Source of the DNA: an uncultured Gemmatimonadales bacterium
GTDB taxonomy: Bacteria; Gemmatimonadota; Gemmatimonadetes; Gemmatimonadales; GWC2-71-9
DNA: 64,000 nucleotides
Direction: 5' to 3'
NCBI GenBank assembly: GCA_963730185.1
Contig: CAVSQW010000011.1
Location: 1 to 64,000, forward strand
Shown here: positions 38,848 through 49,168 of the stretch, piece by piece
Position numbering within the stretch: the stretch's first letter is position 1
Layout of the letters: the number at the start of each line of letters is the position of its first letter
Notes under the pieces: generated by a model
The model's input: only the letters and a program-made list of their open reading frames with translations
Told to the model about the DNA's origin: nothing
Databases searched by the model: none
Position numbers and translations under genes: made by a program

Positions 38848-40006
38848 GCGCCTGCAGGTCGCGGATCACCCGCTCCCAATTGAGCTCGGTTTCGACCCGC
38901 CGGCGGCCGGCCGTGCCGAGCGCCCGGCGGCGGGCCGGATCGCGGAGAAGGCCGCCTAACGCCTGGGCCACCTCGTCGCTCCGTTCCGGATCCACGAGCA
39001 GGCCGGTAACCCCCTCCTCGACGGCGTCCGCCGTGCCGCCGCCCCGACCCGCGACCACCGCCACGCCGCTCGCCGCGGCGTCCGCGAGCGAGATGCCGAA
39101 GCCCTCGATCTCGACTCCGCTCGACCGGGAGAGCCCCAGATACAGGTCGGCCGCGGCGTGGAGGGCGGGCAGGTCGGCGTCCGGCACCCGCCCCAAGAAC
39201 CTCACCCGCCCCGCCACGCCGAGCTCGGCCGCCAGCCCTTCGAGACGGGCCCGGTCGGGACCGGTGCCCGCGACCAGGTAGTGGAGGTCCGGCCAGTCGG
39301 TGGCCAGGCGGGCCAGGGCCCGGATCCCGGTGTCGACGCCCTTGTAGGCGACCAGCCGGGCCACGGTCAACAGCCGGGGTCCGGCCGGCAGGTCGTACCG
39401 GCCGAGCCCGGCGTCGGTGGCGGCATCGGGACGGAAGCGACTCGGATCGCTGCCCAACGGAACCCGGTGCACTCGGTCCCGGGCCGCCTCGAGCCCGAGG
39501 GCGCCGAGCACCGCGCGGGCCCGGTCGGCCGTCCAGCCGCTGTTGGCGGCGATGACCGACGCCCCGCCGAGGAGCCGCCGGGCGGCCCGCCGCTTCCAGG
39601 CCGAGCGCGACGCCTTGGCCGCCAGGGCGACGAGATCGTCGCCGTGCGCCAGAATCCCATAGGGAATGCCCGGTCGCTCCGCCAGCGCCCGTCCCACATA
39701 CCCGGCCGGCCGCACCGTGTCGCACCAGGTGAACGCCACGCCGTGAGCGGCGGCCAGTCGGCGCGCCGCCCAGGTCCAGCGGAGCACGCCGGGCCAGGTG
39801 CGGAGCCGGGTGGCGCGAATCGCCAGCCGCTCGACCGTCAGGCCCAAGGCGGCGTCGCTCGCCTCGGCGCCGGGTACCGACCCGGTCGAGACCACGATCC
39901 GATCGGCCGGGTAGCGCCGGGCCAACTGGCCGGTCCAGTGCGCGACGCCGCCGCCGCGAGGCGGAAAGTCCCAGGTGAGGAGCAGGGTGACCGGGATGTC
40001 GCTCAT
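38783..40006 (-). CDS. Glycosyltransferase family 4
   Basis: DFPPRGGG, LLTVARLVAYKG and EGFGIS motifs. Confidence 0.92.
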   Translation of the reverse strand: MSDIPVTLLLTWDFPPRGGGVAHWTGQLARRYPADRIVVSTGSVPGAEASDAALGLTVERLAIRATRLRTWPGVLRWTWAARRLAAAHGVAFTWCDTVRPAGYVGRALAERPGIPYGILAHGDDLVALAAKASRSAWKRRAARRLLGGASVIAANSGWTADRARAVLGALGLEAARDRVHRVPLGSDPSRFRPDAATDAGLGRYDLPAGPRLLTVARLVAYKGVDTGIRALARLATDWPDLHYLVAGTGPDRARLEGLAAELGVAGRVRFLGRVPDADLPALHAAADLYLGLSRSSGVEIEGFGISLADAAASGVAVVAGRGGGTADAVEEGVTGLLVDPERSDEVAQALGGLLRDPARRRALGTAGRRRVETELNWERVIRDLQALSRRALATPVRSRSPGPDTTA

Positions 40007-40950
40007 GCCAGCGTCCGGGTCAACAGCTCCTCGAGCCGGTGCCGCCAGGTGTGCTCCCGGAGCACCCGTTCCCGGGACCGCTCGCCAATGGCCTTGGCCC
40101 CGGCCGGGTCGGCCAGCAAGGCCCGGGCTCGCTCGACCAGCTCACCGGCCGTCCGGACCGTGACCAGCTCGCGGCCCTCCTCGAAGACGCGCGCCAGGTC
40201 CGCCTTGGCATCGACCAGCTGGCAGCAGCCGAGGGCCGCCAGCTCGAAAACCCGCTGGTTGGCGCCGGTGCCATACCGCCCCCGCTCGGGAGGGTCGCCA
40301 AAGAACTGATGGAGGTTGAGCCCGATCTCCGCCCGCGAGAGCGTCCGCACCAGCTCGGTCCCGTACAGCGGGCCGGCCGGCTGGCCCGGGCCCCAGATCC
40401 GGAGGCCGAGGGGCGCCAGGCGGGCGGCCGCCGCGTCGCGGAGCGGCTCGGTCGACCCCACGAAGACGATCGGGAGGCGGTCGCCCTGGACCGGCAGCGG
40501 CCGCCAGACCGTCGGATCCACGCCGAGCGGCAGGAGCTCGGCCGCCCGGCCCAAGGCCCGGTGCCGCGCCACCATGGAGCTGTCGAACAGGAAGACCCGG
40601 TCGTAGCCCACGCCGATCCGGAGCGACAGATCGAGGAAATGGGGACCGTCGGGAAACCAGTTGGCCCATCGGGCGCGGGTCCGTTCGCGGGCGGCCGCGA
40701 CGATCGCCGGCTCGAGCTCGGCGCCCTTGAACGAGAGAACGAGGTCGGTCGGCCGGTTGAGCGCGCGGGTCAGCCGCGCGGCGAGCGAGCGCCCCAGGAC
40801 CGCGTCGAGCCCGCGGGGCCGGACGTCGAGGGTGACCACCTCGGCGCCGAGGGCCCGGAGGGCCGCGGCGATCGCGGGACCGGTATGGTGATACCGGCGG
40901 TTGAAGCGGGCCACGAGCAGCACTCGGAGCCCCTGGAAGGTGGTTGCCAC
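40003..40950 (-). CDS. Glycosyltransferase, CgeB/YkvP-like family
   Basis: NWFPD, IGLNLH, NQRVFELAA and EHTW.HRL motifs. Confidence 0.88.
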   Translation of the reverse strand: MATTFQGLRVLLVARFNRRYHHTGPAIAAALRALGAEVVTLDVRPRGLDAVLGRSLAARLTRALNRPTDLVLSFKGAELEPAIVAAARERTRARWANWFPDGPHFLDLSLRIGVGYDRVFLFDSSMVARHRALGRAAELLPLGVDPTVWRPLPVQGDRLPIVFVGSTEPLRDAAAARLAPLGLRIWGPGQPAGPLYGTELVRTLSRAEIGLNLHQFFGDPPERGRYGTGANQRVFELAALGCCQLVDAKADLARVFEEGRELVTVRTAGELVERARALLADPAGAKAIGERSRERVLREHTWRHRLEELLTRTLA

Positions 40951-41040
40951 GGGACGGGAAGGCGGCCGCGAGGCTAACTCGCCCGGGGCCGAACGGTCGA
41001 CCCGAACAGCCCGGCGTCGGGCCGGGCCCGCCGGAGCGGA

Positions 41041-41880
41041 TCAGTCGCGCTCACGGGAGTCGACGGGGACACACCACGCATCGTAGAGGTTCCAATCATC
41101 CATGTTCTGGCTGGTGAGCGGTTCGGCAAGAAACCGCCCCTCTCCCTCGTCGATTCGGTGGGCCTGATACCCCAAACGCTCGAGGAAGGCCAGGAGACTG
41201 CCTCGGTAGCCGGGCGGAGATTTTCTCAGATTGTGGAACTCCACCTGGAGGTAGGGGCGGACCTGGCGGATCAGACCCTCCAGCGACTGGAGCACCGCGA
41301 GGTCATGGCCCTCGGTATCGATCTTGATGAACCGGATCCTAGGCACGAGCTCCGGATACCGGGTCGCCAGCAACGAGTTCAGGTTGCGGCCCTTGGCCGT
41401 GACCTCGAAGGCACTGCCGTGCACCCACTTGCTGACCCCTTCGTGGATCCCGCCGTTGCAAAAGCCGTGATCGCCGTATTGCAGCTTGACCGGCCCGTCC
41501 GCCATGGTGGCAGCGACGGCCAGCGGGATGATCCGGGCCTTGTCCTGGTTGAGCAGAGCGAGCTGCTCCAACACCGGGAAGACGAAGGGATTCGGCTCCA
41601 CCGCGATCACCACCCCGGCTGGGCCGACCGCCAGCGCCGTTGGCAGGACGCTGTCACCCGCATGGGCGCCGATGTCGACCGCCACGTCACCCGGCCGGAG
41701 GTACCGCCGCAGGTTCGCGATCTGCCAGGCGGATGGCGTCGGGTCGTACGCGCCGGGATGCAGCCACCGGACGAAGTCAACCGTTCCGTCGCCCGGTAGG
41801 TCGATCGATTCCCGGACCGTGCCGTATTGGACCGGTTTGGGCTTCATCCCCATCAGATAGAGGAACTCACGAACCTTCAC
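41041..41880 (-). CDS. FkbM family methyltransferase
   Basis: VDIGAHAG, VEPNP and FIKIDTEGHD motifs. Confidence 0.93.
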   Translation of the reverse strand: MKVREFLYLMGMKPKPVQYGTVRESIDLPGDGTVDFVRWLHPGAYDPTPSAWQIANLRRYLRPGDVAVDIGAHAGDSVLPTALAVGPAGVVIAVEPNPFVFPVLEQLALLNQDKARIIPLAVAATMADGPVKLQYGDHGFCNGGIHEGVSKWVHGSAFEVTAKGRNLNSLLATRYPELVPRIRFIKIDTEGHDLAVLQSLEGLIRQVRPYLQVEFHNLRKSPPGYRGSLLAFLERLGYQAHRIDEGEGRFLAEPLTSQNMDDWNLYDAWCVPVDSRERD

Positions 41881-41957
41881 GGTCTCCGGCCTCCGCCCTG
41901 GGGCTGGGGATACTTCGGAGTCGTCGGGCCGCCCGACCGGTTCGGCGCTGGTCTGGC

Positions 41958-42854
41958 TCAGGTCCGAGTGTAGTTACGGTACTCGAACAAGCGCTGCCCG
42001 GTGAGCCGTTCCCACCAGTCGGAGGCTCGATACCGGAGGTGGCGCCACTCGAAGCGAGGCGCGCCGACCACCCGATCCGGATCCGAACGTTGCCGAGCGA
42101 GCCACTCGGAGGCAACCGCCGGGTGCGAGCCCCGAAAGGGGCGCAGTCCCGGGAACCAGGGAAGATGGGCGCCGTCCCTCGGGACCCCCACGCGGCCGTA
42201 GAGCAGGCGGTCGTCGGCGCGGCGGGCGCGCAGCGCCCTCCCCGACCGGACCCATCCGTAGTGGTACACCTCAGCGTCGACTAAGCGGGCCCGAATGCGA
42301 CGGTGGCGCTCACCAATCCGAAAGCCTTGGGCATCGCGGAACGGGCGGACGCCGAACGCGGCGCCCAGTTTCACGACCCGTACTTCGCGCCGATACCAGT
42401 GTCGCTGCACGGCCTCCAAGTCCGGGTTCCCGTAGAAATGACGGTATGGGAGGAGCAGGCCTTCGATCCGGCTCGAGTCGCGATGCTCGGCCATGGCCGC
42501 TCGCAGGGCCGGGAGACCGTTCTCGTGCAGCACCTCGTCGGCCTGGATGTACACCCCCCAGATCCCGCCACAGGCACGCATGGCCGCGGCGGTCTCCACT
42601 GCCAACAACGAGTGGCCCCGGGTCAGGTCCCACACGGACTCCATGATCCGAATCCGCGGATCGTCGATACTCCGCACCAGATCGAGGGTGCCGTCCGTTG
42701 ACCGACCGACGTTGACGATCACTTCATCGCAGAGCGGCAGAATGGAGCGAATACTTTCGACCACGGGAAAGTCGAGACGCACCGCGTCCTTCACGATCGT
42801 GAAGCCCGAGACTCCACCGCGACTCGAATCGACTCTCGCTGGGGCATCGCTCAC
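41958..42854 (-). CDS. Glycosyltransferase family 2-like protein
   Basis: SGFTIVKDAVRLDFPVVESIRSILPL, STDGT, YIQADE, RDAQGFR and YHYGWVR motifs. Start 42854 or 42878. Confidence 0.88.
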   Translation of the reverse strand: MSDAPARVDSSRGGVSGFTIVKDAVRLDFPVVESIRSILPLCDEVIVNVGRSTDGTLDLVRSIDDPRIRIMESVWDLTRGHSLLAVETAAAMRACGGIWGVYIQADEVLHENGLPALRAAMAEHRDSSRIEGLLLPYRHFYGNPDLEAVQRHWYRREVRVVKLGAAFGVRPFRDAQGFRIGERHRRIRARLVDAEVYHYGWVRSGRALRARRADDRLLYGRVGVPRDGAHLPWFPGLRPFRGSHPAVASEWLARQRSDPDRVVGAPRFEWRHLRYRASDWWERLTGQRLFEYRNYTRT

Positions 42855-42887
42855 GCCGCAAAATACTCCCGTGTACATTTGACCGCC

Positions 42888-43868
42888 ATGCACATTGCAA
42901 TGCTCTACCATGGTGTGGTTCCAGTGCGCGGCTACGGCGGCATCCCCAGGGTTGTCGTCTGGTTGGTCCGGGGGTTGGTGCAGCTGGGACACCGAGTCAC
43001 CCTCATTGCCGGACCCAACTCCAAGATTCCGGAAGCGACCCTCGTTCCGGTCCGGCCCCGCACAATGGAGCGGAGCGAGTTCGACGTCCGACCGTACCTG
43101 CCCGACGGGGCCGACGTCCTGCATTCCCACCGCCCGCTCGGGCCCATCGCGGGTCTCCCTACGCTCTGGACCCTCCACGGCAACCGCCGGCCCGGCGAGA
43201 CGTCGCCACCCAACATGCTCTGTCTCAGCGCCGACCACGCCCGGCGCCACGGGACCGACGCCTTCGTCTACAACGGCCTCGATCCGGCCGAGTATCGATT
43301 CGAACCCCGCAAGCACGACTTCGATCTGTTCCTCGGCCGCCTCCACACGGTCAAGGGCTGGCGGTGGGCGATCGAGGGCGCCCGCCGGGCCGGCCGATCC
43401 CTGGTGATCGCGGGCGGCTGGCGGCCAACGCTCCGCCCCGGCCTCCGCTTCGCCGGCGAGGTGGGCGGCGAGAAGAAGCGTGACCTCCTGGCCGAGGCCG
43501 CCTGCCTCTGGATGCCGGCGCTCTGGGACGAGCCCTTCGGGCTCACCTTGATCGAGGCGCTGGCGAGCGGCACCCCGGTGCTGGGCACCCGGCAGGGGGC
43601 GCTGCCCGAGGTGATCAGCGACGAGGTGGGAGCGTTAGGCGACTCGCTGGACGAGCTGGTGACGCTCCGGGAACGCATCGCGACCCTCGACCCCGAGGAC
43701 TGCCGGAGCCGGGTGACGCGGCACTTCTCGCACCTGGCGATGGCGGAGGAACACCTCCGGGTGTACCAGGAGTTGATCGCGACGGGCAGGCTGGTGGCCG
43801 GGCGACGGGTGGATGGGGGGACGGCGGGAGACGGGGGGGGACGGGGTGAGGGGGGCGGCGGGGGTTAG
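42888..43868 (+). CDS. Glycosyltransferase family 4
   Basis: YGGIPRVV, FLGR...KG and EPFGLTLIEALASGTPV motifs. Confidence 0.92.
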   Translation: MHIAMLYHGVVPVRGYGGIPRVVVWLVRGLVQLGHRVTLIAGPNSKIPEATLVPVRPRTMERSEFDVRPYLPDGADVLHSHRPLGPIAGLPTLWTLHGNRRPGETSPPNMLCLSADHARRHGTDAFVYNGLDPAEYRFEPRKHDFDLFLGRLHTVKGWRWAIEGARRAGRSLVIAGGWRPTLRPGLRFAGEVGGEKKRDLLAEAACLWMPALWDEPFGLTLIEALASGTPVLGTRQGALPEVISDEVGALGDSLDELVTLRERIATLDPEDCRSRVTRHFSHLAMAEEHLRVYQELIATGRLVAGRRVDGGTAGDGGGRGEGGGGG

Positions 43869-44866
43869 TCGGGGGGGCTCGGCGTCGCGGGCTGGGCGAA
43901 GCCGGTCGCCTCGAGGATTCGGCGGGCGCGGTGCATGTAGGTGTGGCGGGCCAGCGCATGGAGCCGGCCCTCGGTGGCCAGCTCTTCCGCCCGGGGTGGA
44001 TCGTGGAGCAGGGCCTCGACCCCGACCTTGAGCTCGGCCGGGCTCGAGAAGGCGAGCAGGTGCCGGCCGGGCTCGAAGTAGCGGCGCAGATCGGCGCGGT
44101 CGTCCACCACCTGGGGCACTCCCATGAGTGCCAGCTCGAAGACCCGCTGATTGCAGGAGGCCCGATCCTGGGGCGCCACCGCGGCCAGGTCGCGGTGGAG
44201 GTTCACCGCCACCGAGGCCCCGCCGTAGGCTCGGATGTACTCGCCGGTGTCCTTGATCTCGCCGCGGCAATAGTCGCGGAGGGTGGTCCGCCGCCAACCC
44301 GGACCCCATAGCGCCAGCCCGAACTCCAGCAGCTCGGTCAGATAGGCTTCGCGGGCGGGCGTCGCCCCGCCGGCGAACACCACGTTGGCGCGGTACTGGT
44401 CCTTCGATCGCATCGGACGGTAGACCGAGGGATCGGCCGCGAGCGGCAACACCTCGACCGGACGGCCGAGCTCGCCTTCCAGCCGGGCGGCCAGGTCGGA
44501 GCCGGCGACGAAGACCTGGTCGCAGGCCCGGGCGACACGCACCGCCTCGTCGACCTGGGTCAGATCGTCCGGAATCCAATTGACCCAGCGCACGCCGGGG
44601 CCGTTCCGCAAGCCGGCCACGGTCTCCTGATCCAGCTCGTACCCTCCGATCACCAGCACGAGGTTGGCTTCGGCCTCGCCGATGGCCTTCGCCAATCGGG
44701 ACCGGAGGTCGGCACCGGTGAGCCGGCCGAGCAGCCCCGGCTTCTTGCCCAGGTCGAACGAGGTCACGTCGCAGCCGAGCCGCTCGAAGGCCCGCACCCG
44801 CTGGGCCGAATGGGCGTGCTCCGCATCGTCGAAGTGAGCCACCAACAGGACCGAGGGGACCGTCAC
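43865..44866 (-). CDS. Glycosyltransferase, CgeB/YkvP-like family (paralog of 40003-40950)
   Basis: NWIPDD, VNLH, NQRVFELA and HTYMHRA motifs. Confidence 0.88.
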   Translation of the reverse strand: MTVPSVLLVAHFDDAEHAHSAQRVRAFERLGCDVTSFDLGKKPGLLGRLTGADLRSRLAKAIGEAEANLVLVIGGYELDQETVAGLRNGPGVRWVNWIPDDLTQVDEAVRVARACDQVFVAGSDLAARLEGELGRPVEVLPLAADPSVYRPMRSKDQYRANVVFAGGATPAREAYLTELLEFGLALWGPGWRRTTLRDYCRGEIKDTGEYIRAYGGASVAVNLHRDLAAVAPQDRASCNQRVFELALMGVPQVVDDRADLRRYFEPGRHLLAFSSPAELKVGVEALLHDPPRAEELATEGRLHALARHTYMHRARRILEATGFAQPATPSPPD

Positions 44867-46686
44867 GCCACTTCCTCCGTGGGGCGGAATTGAAGATCGT
44901 GAAGCCGGCGATAAAGACCGCGGTCGGCCACGAGCACCGCGTGGGGGCCGCGCTCCACGATCCGACCCCGGTCGATCACCAGAATTTCATCGGCATGGCG
45001 CACCGTCGCCAGTCGGTGCGCGACCACCAGCACGGTCCGATCCCGCATCAGCCGGTCGATCGCCTCCTGCACCTGACGTTCCGACTCGGGATCGAGCGCG
45101 CTGGTGGCCTCGTCGAGAATCAGGATCGGCGGGTCGCGCAGCAGCGCCCGCGCGATGGCGATCCGTTGGCGCTGACCGCCCGAGAGCCGGGTCCCGCGCT
45201 CGCCCAGCAAAGTGTCGAACCCGAGCGGCAGGCCGCGGATGAATTCGTCCGCGTTGGCGGCCCGCGCCGCCTGCTCCACCTGGGCCGCCGTCGCCTCGGG
45301 CCGAGCGTACGCGATGTTGGCGAAGACGGTGTCGTTCAGGATCACCGTGTCCTGGCTCACGAGCCCCATCAGGTGGCGCACCGAGGCCCGGGAGACCTCT
45401 GGGAGCGGCGTGCCGTCGAGCCGGATCTGGCCGGAGGTGGGGTCGTAAAAGCGGGGGACCAGGTCGAGGAGCGTGGTCTTGCCCGCCCCGGACGGCCCAA
45501 CGATCGCGACGATCTTGCCCTTGGGCACCGTAAACGAGAGTTCCTCGACCACCGGGCGCCCGGGCTCGTACTCGAACGACACGTCGTCGAACACCAGGTC
45601 GCGCTCGAACCGGGCGGCCGGGAGCCGCTCGTCGTCGCCCTCGACCGACGGCCGGTCGAGCCAGTGGAACACCCGCTCGGCGCTGCCCAGCGCGATCGCC
45701 ATGGAGGCCGGGAACTGGGAGAGCGACTTGATGGGCGACATCATCTTGAGCGCCACCGCCAGGAAGACGATCGTCACCTCGGGACCGAGCACGACACCGC
45801 TGATGGTCGGATTGGCGGCCGCCCAGATGAGCAGGATCACCACCAACCCGCCGAACACCTCGCTCACCGGACTGGTGAGCGAGGCGAACCGCTGGGTTCG
45901 GATCGCCCATTTCCGGTAGAGGTCGGCCTGATTGGTGAACTTGGCGACCTCCTGCGCCTCGCCGCCGTAGCCTCGGATCAGCTTGATCGCCCCGAGCCGC
46001 TCGGTGGCGGTGGCGGTGAGGCGGCCGCGCTCGTCGGCCCATTCCCGGGCATGCCCGCGGAGGCGCTTCAGGAGCTGCCGGATCCCGAGCACCAGCACGG
46101 GGGCCGAGGCCAGGGTGATCAGGGTGAGCCGCCCGGAGATGCTGGCCAGGATCACCAGCGAGCTCAGGATCAGGATCAGATTCTCGAAAAAGGCCGCCAG
46201 CGCCGCGGAGACCGCCTGCTTGCTCTGGTCGGCATCGGCGATGATCCCGGCGATCAGGTCTCCCTGGCGGGTGCTTTGAAAGAAGGCCAGGTCGATCGTG
46301 AGCAGATGGCGGTAGAGCGCGATCCGGAGATCGCGGACCAGCCCCTCCTGCACCGCGACGGTCAGCTGGTTCTTGGCGTAAACGAAGATGTTCTTGAGCA
46401 CCAGGCCGATCAGCAGCACCACCACCAGCCGGGCCGCGGCCGCCCCCGCCGACCGGCCGGCCACCAGCGGCGACAGCACCGTGTGGATCACCGCCTCGAG
46501 CTTGGTGCCGCCGGTGCCCGCCAGGGCCCCGGCCGTTCCGAAGAGGGTCTTGAGCAGCGGGACCAGCACCACCACCGTCACGCCGTCGAGAATCGACGCG
46601 AAGAACGCCGAGACCAGGCCGAGCACGAAGAGTCCGGTGTAGGGGCGGGCCGTCGCGAGGAGACGGCGCCCGACGGAGCGGGGCAT
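44863..46686 (-). CDS. ABC exporter, fused TMD-NBD, MsbA-like lipid flippase
   Basis: GPSGAGKTT, LSGGQRQR, LDEATSALD and VAHRL motifs; lies in an LPS gene cluster. Confidence 0.93.
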   Translation of the reverse strand: MPRSVGRRLLATARPYTGLFVLGLVSAFFASILDGVTVVVLVPLLKTLFGTAGALAGTGGTKLEAVIHTVLSPLVAGRSAGAAAARLVVVLLIGLVLKNIFVYAKNQLTVAVQEGLVRDLRIALYRHLLTIDLAFFQSTRQGDLIAGIIADADQSKQAVSAALAAFFENLILILSSLVILASISGRLTLITLASAPVLVLGIRQLLKRLRGHAREWADERGRLTATATERLGAIKLIRGYGGEAQEVAKFTNQADLYRKWAIRTQRFASLTSPVSEVFGGLVVILLIWAAANPTISGVVLGPEVTIVFLAVALKMMSPIKSLSQFPASMAIALGSAERVFHWLDRPSVEGDDERLPAARFERDLVFDDVSFEYEPGRPVVEELSFTVPKGKIVAIVGPSGAGKTTLLDLVPRFYDPTSGQIRLDGTPLPEVSRASVRHLMGLVSQDTVILNDTVFANIAYARPEATAAQVEQAARAANADEFIRGLPLGFDTLLGERGTRLSGGQRQRIAIARALLRDPPILILDEATSALDPESERQVQEAIDRLMRDRTVLVVAHRLATVRHADEILVIDRGRIVERGPHAVLVADRGLYRRLHDLQFRPTEEVA

Positions 46687-46718
46687 GGTGCCAAAGGTAA
46701 TGGCATTACATTCCCGCG

Positions 46719-47738
46719 GTGCCCGCATCGGCCCCTCCCCGGATCGCGATCGTCCGCTTCAGCTCGATGGGGGACGTCATCCTCACCACGCCGCTGGTCC
46801 GCGCCCTGCGCCAGGCCCACCCAGAGGCCTGGATCAGCTACGTCACCAAGCGCCTCTACGCCCCGCTCCTGGCCCACAATCCGAGGGTGAACGAGGTGAT
46901 CGAGCTTCCGCCGGACGGCGGGCTCGGCGACCTCACCCGGACGCTGCGGGAGCGCCGCTTCACCCACGGGCTCGACCTGCACGGTAGCCTCCGGAGCCGG
47001 GCGCTCCGGTGGATGGTGGGGGGAAGGTGGCGAGGCTACCCGAAGCGGCGGCTGGCTCGCTCGATCTTGATCCGAACCAAGCGCGACGTCTTTCGCGACC
47101 ACCGCCACGTGGTGGAGCGCTACTTCGACGCGGCGCGGGGCTTGGGCGTGGTGCCCGACGGGGCGCCGGCCGACCTTTTTCTTCCCCGCGTCAAGCAGGA
47201 CGGCGCCCGGCGATTCCTGGTCTCGCAGTCGCTCGGAACGTCGCGGTCCCTGGTCGCCCTGGCACCCGGGGCGGCCCACTGGACCAAGCGCTGGCCGGTC
47301 CGCCACTGGCAGCGTCTGGCGACCCAGCTCACCCTGTCCGGCTACGACGTGGTCGTGCTGGGCGGACCGGCGGAACAGAACGTGGGCGAGGAGATCGCCG
47401 CCGCAGGCGACCAGCAGGCGGCCAGCGCGGCGGGACGGTTCGATCTGCTCGGCACCGCGGCGCTGCTCAAGGAGGCCCGCTGCGTGGTGGTGGGAGACAC
47501 CGGCGTCATGCACATGGCGACCGCCATGGGCGTGCCGGTGGTGACCCTCTTCGGGCCGACGGTCCAAGCCTTCGGATTCACGCCCTACCGGGCCCGGGCC
47601 ACCATTCTGGAAGAGGATCTTCCCTGCCGGCCGTGCAGCGCAATGGGCGGGCCCCGCTGCCCGCTCGGCCACCATCATTGCCTCGAGCACCTCCTGCCCG
47701 ACCGGGTGTTCCAGGCCGTCAGGCACCTGCCCCGATGA
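46719..47738 (+). CDS. LPS heptosyltransferase, GT9 (WaaF-like)
   Basis: RFSSMGDV, DLHGSLRS, TKRWP, GDTGVMHMA and CRPCS motifs. Confidence 0.93.
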   Translation: MPASAPPRIAIVRFSSMGDVILTTPLVRALRQAHPEAWISYVTKRLYAPLLAHNPRVNEVIELPPDGGLGDLTRTLRERRFTHGLDLHGSLRSRALRWMVGGRWRGYPKRRLARSILIRTKRDVFRDHRHVVERYFDAARGLGVVPDGAPADLFLPRVKQDGARRFLVSQSLGTSRSLVALAPGAAHWTKRWPVRHWQRLATQLTLSGYDVVVLGGPAEQNVGEEIAAAGDQQAASAAGRFDLLGTAALLKEARCVVVGDTGVMHMATAMGVPVVTLFGPTVQAFGFTPYRARATILEEDLPCRPCSAMGGPRCPLGHHHCLEHLLPDRVFQAVRHLPR

Positions 47739-48118
47739 CGCCCGAGAGCCCAACCGCCCGCGTCCTGGTCGACCTGATGGCCGATGCCCCCAGGGGCCCG
47801 AAGCGGGACGGCCTGTTCGCGGTGTGGCTGACGCTTCGGGTGGTGGAGGACCTGGCCGTGGAGCCCCCGCACGCCGACCGGGCCGTCAAACGGCGAGTGA
47901 GCCTGCTGACGAGACGCCTCGGCAGCCTCACGCTGCCGGGCGGCCTGCGACGCGGTTTGAACGGGGTGCTCGCCGCCCTGCCGGAGGCGGGAGCGGGAGA
48001 GGCGCCCCACCTGCTCGCCCAGCTCGCGATCGCCACCCGCGACGGGTTGGGGGCCGAGATCGCCGAGACCGTGTCACGCGGCCCACGGGGCGCCGCGCCG
48101 GAGAAACGGGCGGACTAG
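47735..48118 (+). CDS. Hypothetical protein (127 aa)
   Basis: ATGA overlap with the GT9 stop; helical, protein-like composition. Confidence 0.6.
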   Translation: MTPESPTARVLVDLMADAPRGPKRDGLFAVWLTLRVVEDLAVEPPHADRAVKRRVSLLTRRLGSLTLPGGLRRGLNGVLAALPEAGAGEAPHLLAQLAIATRDGLGAEIAETVSRGPRGAAPEKRAD

Positions 48119-48407
48119 GGAACGGATGCGGGTCGTCCGGCCCCCGGGCCCGTGCCTCGTCCTGGCGGCCCTCCCGGCCGGGTCAGGATGCGCACCTCCG
48201 GCCCCGAGGCTGCGGCCGGACCTGGAGCTCGACGGCTGGTGCCACGCCTCGCTCCTCAACGAATCGATCGAAACGGTGTTCGAGGCCGACAGGGCATCCC
48301 CGGCGGTCGGTCGGAGCCTGTTGACTGGTCCGGTGGAGCCGCTGGCCCCCCCCGCCTACCCTCCTCCCCGCCGACCCAATAGTTTCTCCGGCAGGGGAGG
48401 TGCCACC

Positions 48408-49157
48408 ATGGCCGGTCACAGCAAGTGGAAGCAGATCAAGCGGAAGAAAGCGGTGACCGACTCGCGGCGGTCGTCCGTCTGGGCCAAGTGTATCCGCGAG
48501 ATCATGGTGGCCGCCAAGGCCGGGGGCGGTGACCCCGGCGGCAATCCCCGGCTCCGGACCGCGATCGACGCAGCCCGGGCCGTGAACATGCCCAACGACA
48601 ACATCGAACGGGCCATCCAGAAGGGCACCGGCAACCTCGAAGGGGCGGCGTACGAGGAGATCACCTACGAAGGCTACGGCCCGGGGGGGGCCGCGATCTT
48701 CATCGAGGCCACGACCGACAACGCCAACCGCACGGTGGCCGAAGTCCGCCATGCCCTCAGCCGGGCCGGCGGCAACCTCGGCGCCACGAACTCGGTGGCG
48801 TGGATGTTCGATCGCAAGGGCCAGATCTTTCTCGACGCCACCAAGTCCAAGGAAGACCAGACCCTCGAGGCCGCGCTCGAGGCGGGGGCCGAGGATTTCG
48901 TCCGCGAGGGCGATCAGTACCTGATCAGCACGGCGCCGACCGATTTCCACGCGGTCCAGGACGGCCTCACGGCCGCCGGGTACACGATCGAATCGGCCGA
49001 GCTGGCGATGGTGCCCAAGAACACGGTGAAGGTGGAGGGTGCCGAGGCCGAGAAGCTGATCAAATTGGTGGAGACCCTCGACGAGCTGGACGACGTCTCC
49101 AAGGTCTTTTCGAACTTCGACATCGACGCGGACTCGCTGGCCGAGACCGAGGCCTGA
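48408..49157 (+). CDS. yebC: YebC/PmpR family regulator
   Basis: MAGHSKW, YEGYGPGG and DDVSKVFSN motifs; GGAGG SD. Confidence 0.97.
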   Translation: MAGHSKWKQIKRKKAVTDSRRSSVWAKCIREIMVAAKAGGGDPGGNPRLRTAIDAARAVNMPNDNIERAIQKGTGNLEGAAYEEITYEGYGPGGAAIFIEATTDNANRTVAEVRHALSRAGGNLGATNSVAWMFDRKGQIFLDATKSKEDQTLEAALEAGAEDFVREGDQYLISTAPTDFHAVQDGLTAAGYTIESAELAMVPKNTVKVEGAEAEKLIKLVETLDELDDVSKVFSNFDIDADSLAETEA

Positions 49158-49168
49158 CCACTCCCCCT

